Shown: positions 63,194 through 64,000 of the stretch, piece by piece
How positions within the stretch are numbered: the first letter of the stretch is position 1
How the letters are laid out: each line of letters opens with the position of its first letter
From: Maioricimonas rarisocia
Lineage (GTDB): Bacteria; Planctomycetota; Planctomycetia; Planctomycetales; Planctomycetaceae
Direction: 5' to 3'
Assembly (NCBI RefSeq): GCF_007747795.1
Contig: NZ_CP036275.1
Span: 2,650,853-2,714,852 of the forward strand
DNA: 64,000 nucleotides
Position numbers and translations under genes: made by a program
The notes under the pieces: generated by a model
What the model saw: the letters and a program-made list of their open reading frames with translations, nothing else
Database searches by the model: none
Told to the model about the DNA's origin: nothing

Positions 63194-64000
63194 TCAGTTC
63201 TCGAAATCAGACAGGCGAGCCGGCGGACGGAAGCCGCTTCCCTTCTGTTTCGTCGCAGAGTCCCCCAGTTCCTTGCGGGCTTCCTCGGCCAGTTCCTTGA
63301 GGCGGGAAACGACTTCCGGGTGCTGCTCCTTCACGTCGGTCGTTTCGCCGATGTCCTCGCGCAGATTGAACAGCGCCAGCCCGGTCTTCCCCTGGGTGTA
63401 GCCGTCCGGCTTGCCGTCATTGCCCGGTTCGCCGGTCAGGCTGCGGAAGTTGTGTGGGAAGTGCAGCTTCCAGTCGCCGCTGCGGATCGCCTGCAGATGA
63501 TTGCCCCAGTAGTAGTAAAAGACTTCGTGCGGAGTCTCGGCGGCCGGATGGCCCGACATCAGCGGCCAAATGTCCTTGCCGTCGATCGGATGGTCGGGAA
63601 GCTCGGCACCGATCAGACCCGCGATCGTGGGGAACAGGTCGATGGTGGCGGCCAGTTCGTTGCACGTGGTGCCGGCGGGAATATGGCCCGGCCACCGCAT
63701 GATGCAGGGCTCGCGGACTCCGCCTTCCCAGGTCGTCCCCTTCCCTTCTCGCAGCGGTCCTGCGGAGCCGGCGTGGTTGCCGTAGCTCAGCCACGGGCCG
63801 TTGTCGGACGTGAAGATCACCAGCGTCTGTTCGTCGACGCCGTTACGCTCAAGCGCTTCGAGAATCTGACCGACGCCCCAGTCGATCTCCGAGATAACGT
63901 CGCCGTACATCCCCTGTTCGCTTTTGCCGGCGTACTTGTCGGAGACAAACAGCGGCACGTGCGGCATTGAGTGGGCGACGTAGAGGAAGAACGGGTCCTC
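63194..64000 (-). CDS. Sulfatase, C-terminal portion (gene continues beyond window end)
   Basis: [10 protein letters not shown]...[25 protein letters not shown]...DLFPTIAGL are sulfatase C-terminal hallmarks. Frame remains open to position 64000. Plus-strand ORF 63179..63970 is a shadow. Confidence 0.8.
   Translation of the reverse strand, partial: EDPFFLYVAHSMPHVPLFVSDKYAGKSEQGMYGDVISEIDWGVGQILEALERNGVDEQTLVIFTSDNGPWLSYGNHAGSAGPLREGKGTTWEGGVREPCIMRWPGHIPAGTTCNELAATIDLFPTIAGLIGAELPDHPIDGKDIWPLMSGHPAAETPHEVFYYYWGNHLQAIRSGDWKLHFPHNFRSLTGEPGNDGKPDGYTQGKTGLALFNLREDIGETTDVKEQHPEVVSRLKELAEEARKELGDSATKQKGSGFRPPARLSDFEN

Noticed and set aside
63179-63970. Plus-strand ORF 63179..63970
   Set aside because: Shadow of the partial sulfatase on the minus strand.

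Overview
High-GC (~63-65%) chromosomal window that looks planctomycete (Pirellula-like) from its gene content. It carries three DUF1549/DUF1553 (PSCyt/PSD1) proteins, two of them paired with DUF1501 partners, a DUF1559 prepilin-like protein, DUF1573, DUF1080, a TIGR03067 protein, four sulfatases, a Ser/Thr kinase and a hybrid PAS/GAF histidine kinase. Most coding regions are well supported by long ORFs with recognisable domain motifs. Many antisense shadow ORFs in the six-frame track were discarded.

The accessory content is concentrated in the non-coding DNA. The window holds a frameshifted REP-associated tyrosine transposase (RAYT) with an adjacent REP hairpin. Four large composite repeat elements (2.1-2.6 kb, 4.9-5.5 kb, 22.7-23.0 kb, 34.4-34.9 kb) are built from shared modules: a GGTTGGCGAGCAACC-type REP, a ~27-bp core motif, and octamer tandem arrays (GGAGGCAC/GGAACCAC)n. 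At least two further hairpin repeat families occur, and several genes end inside REP copies. A lower-GC island (about 3.4-7.3 kb: secreted protein, GT1 glycosyltransferase, membrane protein) sits between repeat elements next to the RAYT.

A second candidate system at 24.6-31.2 kb groups a small Cys-rich secreted protein, two signal-peptide/C-terminal-anchor proteins, a DUF1573 protein and two tandem paralogous GT39/GT83 (PMT/ArnT-like) glycosyltransferases. A tRNA-His(GTG) with an imperfect acceptor stem lies next to a tRNA-like T-arm remnant. No CRISPR array was found. Coordinates of repeat boundaries are approximate.
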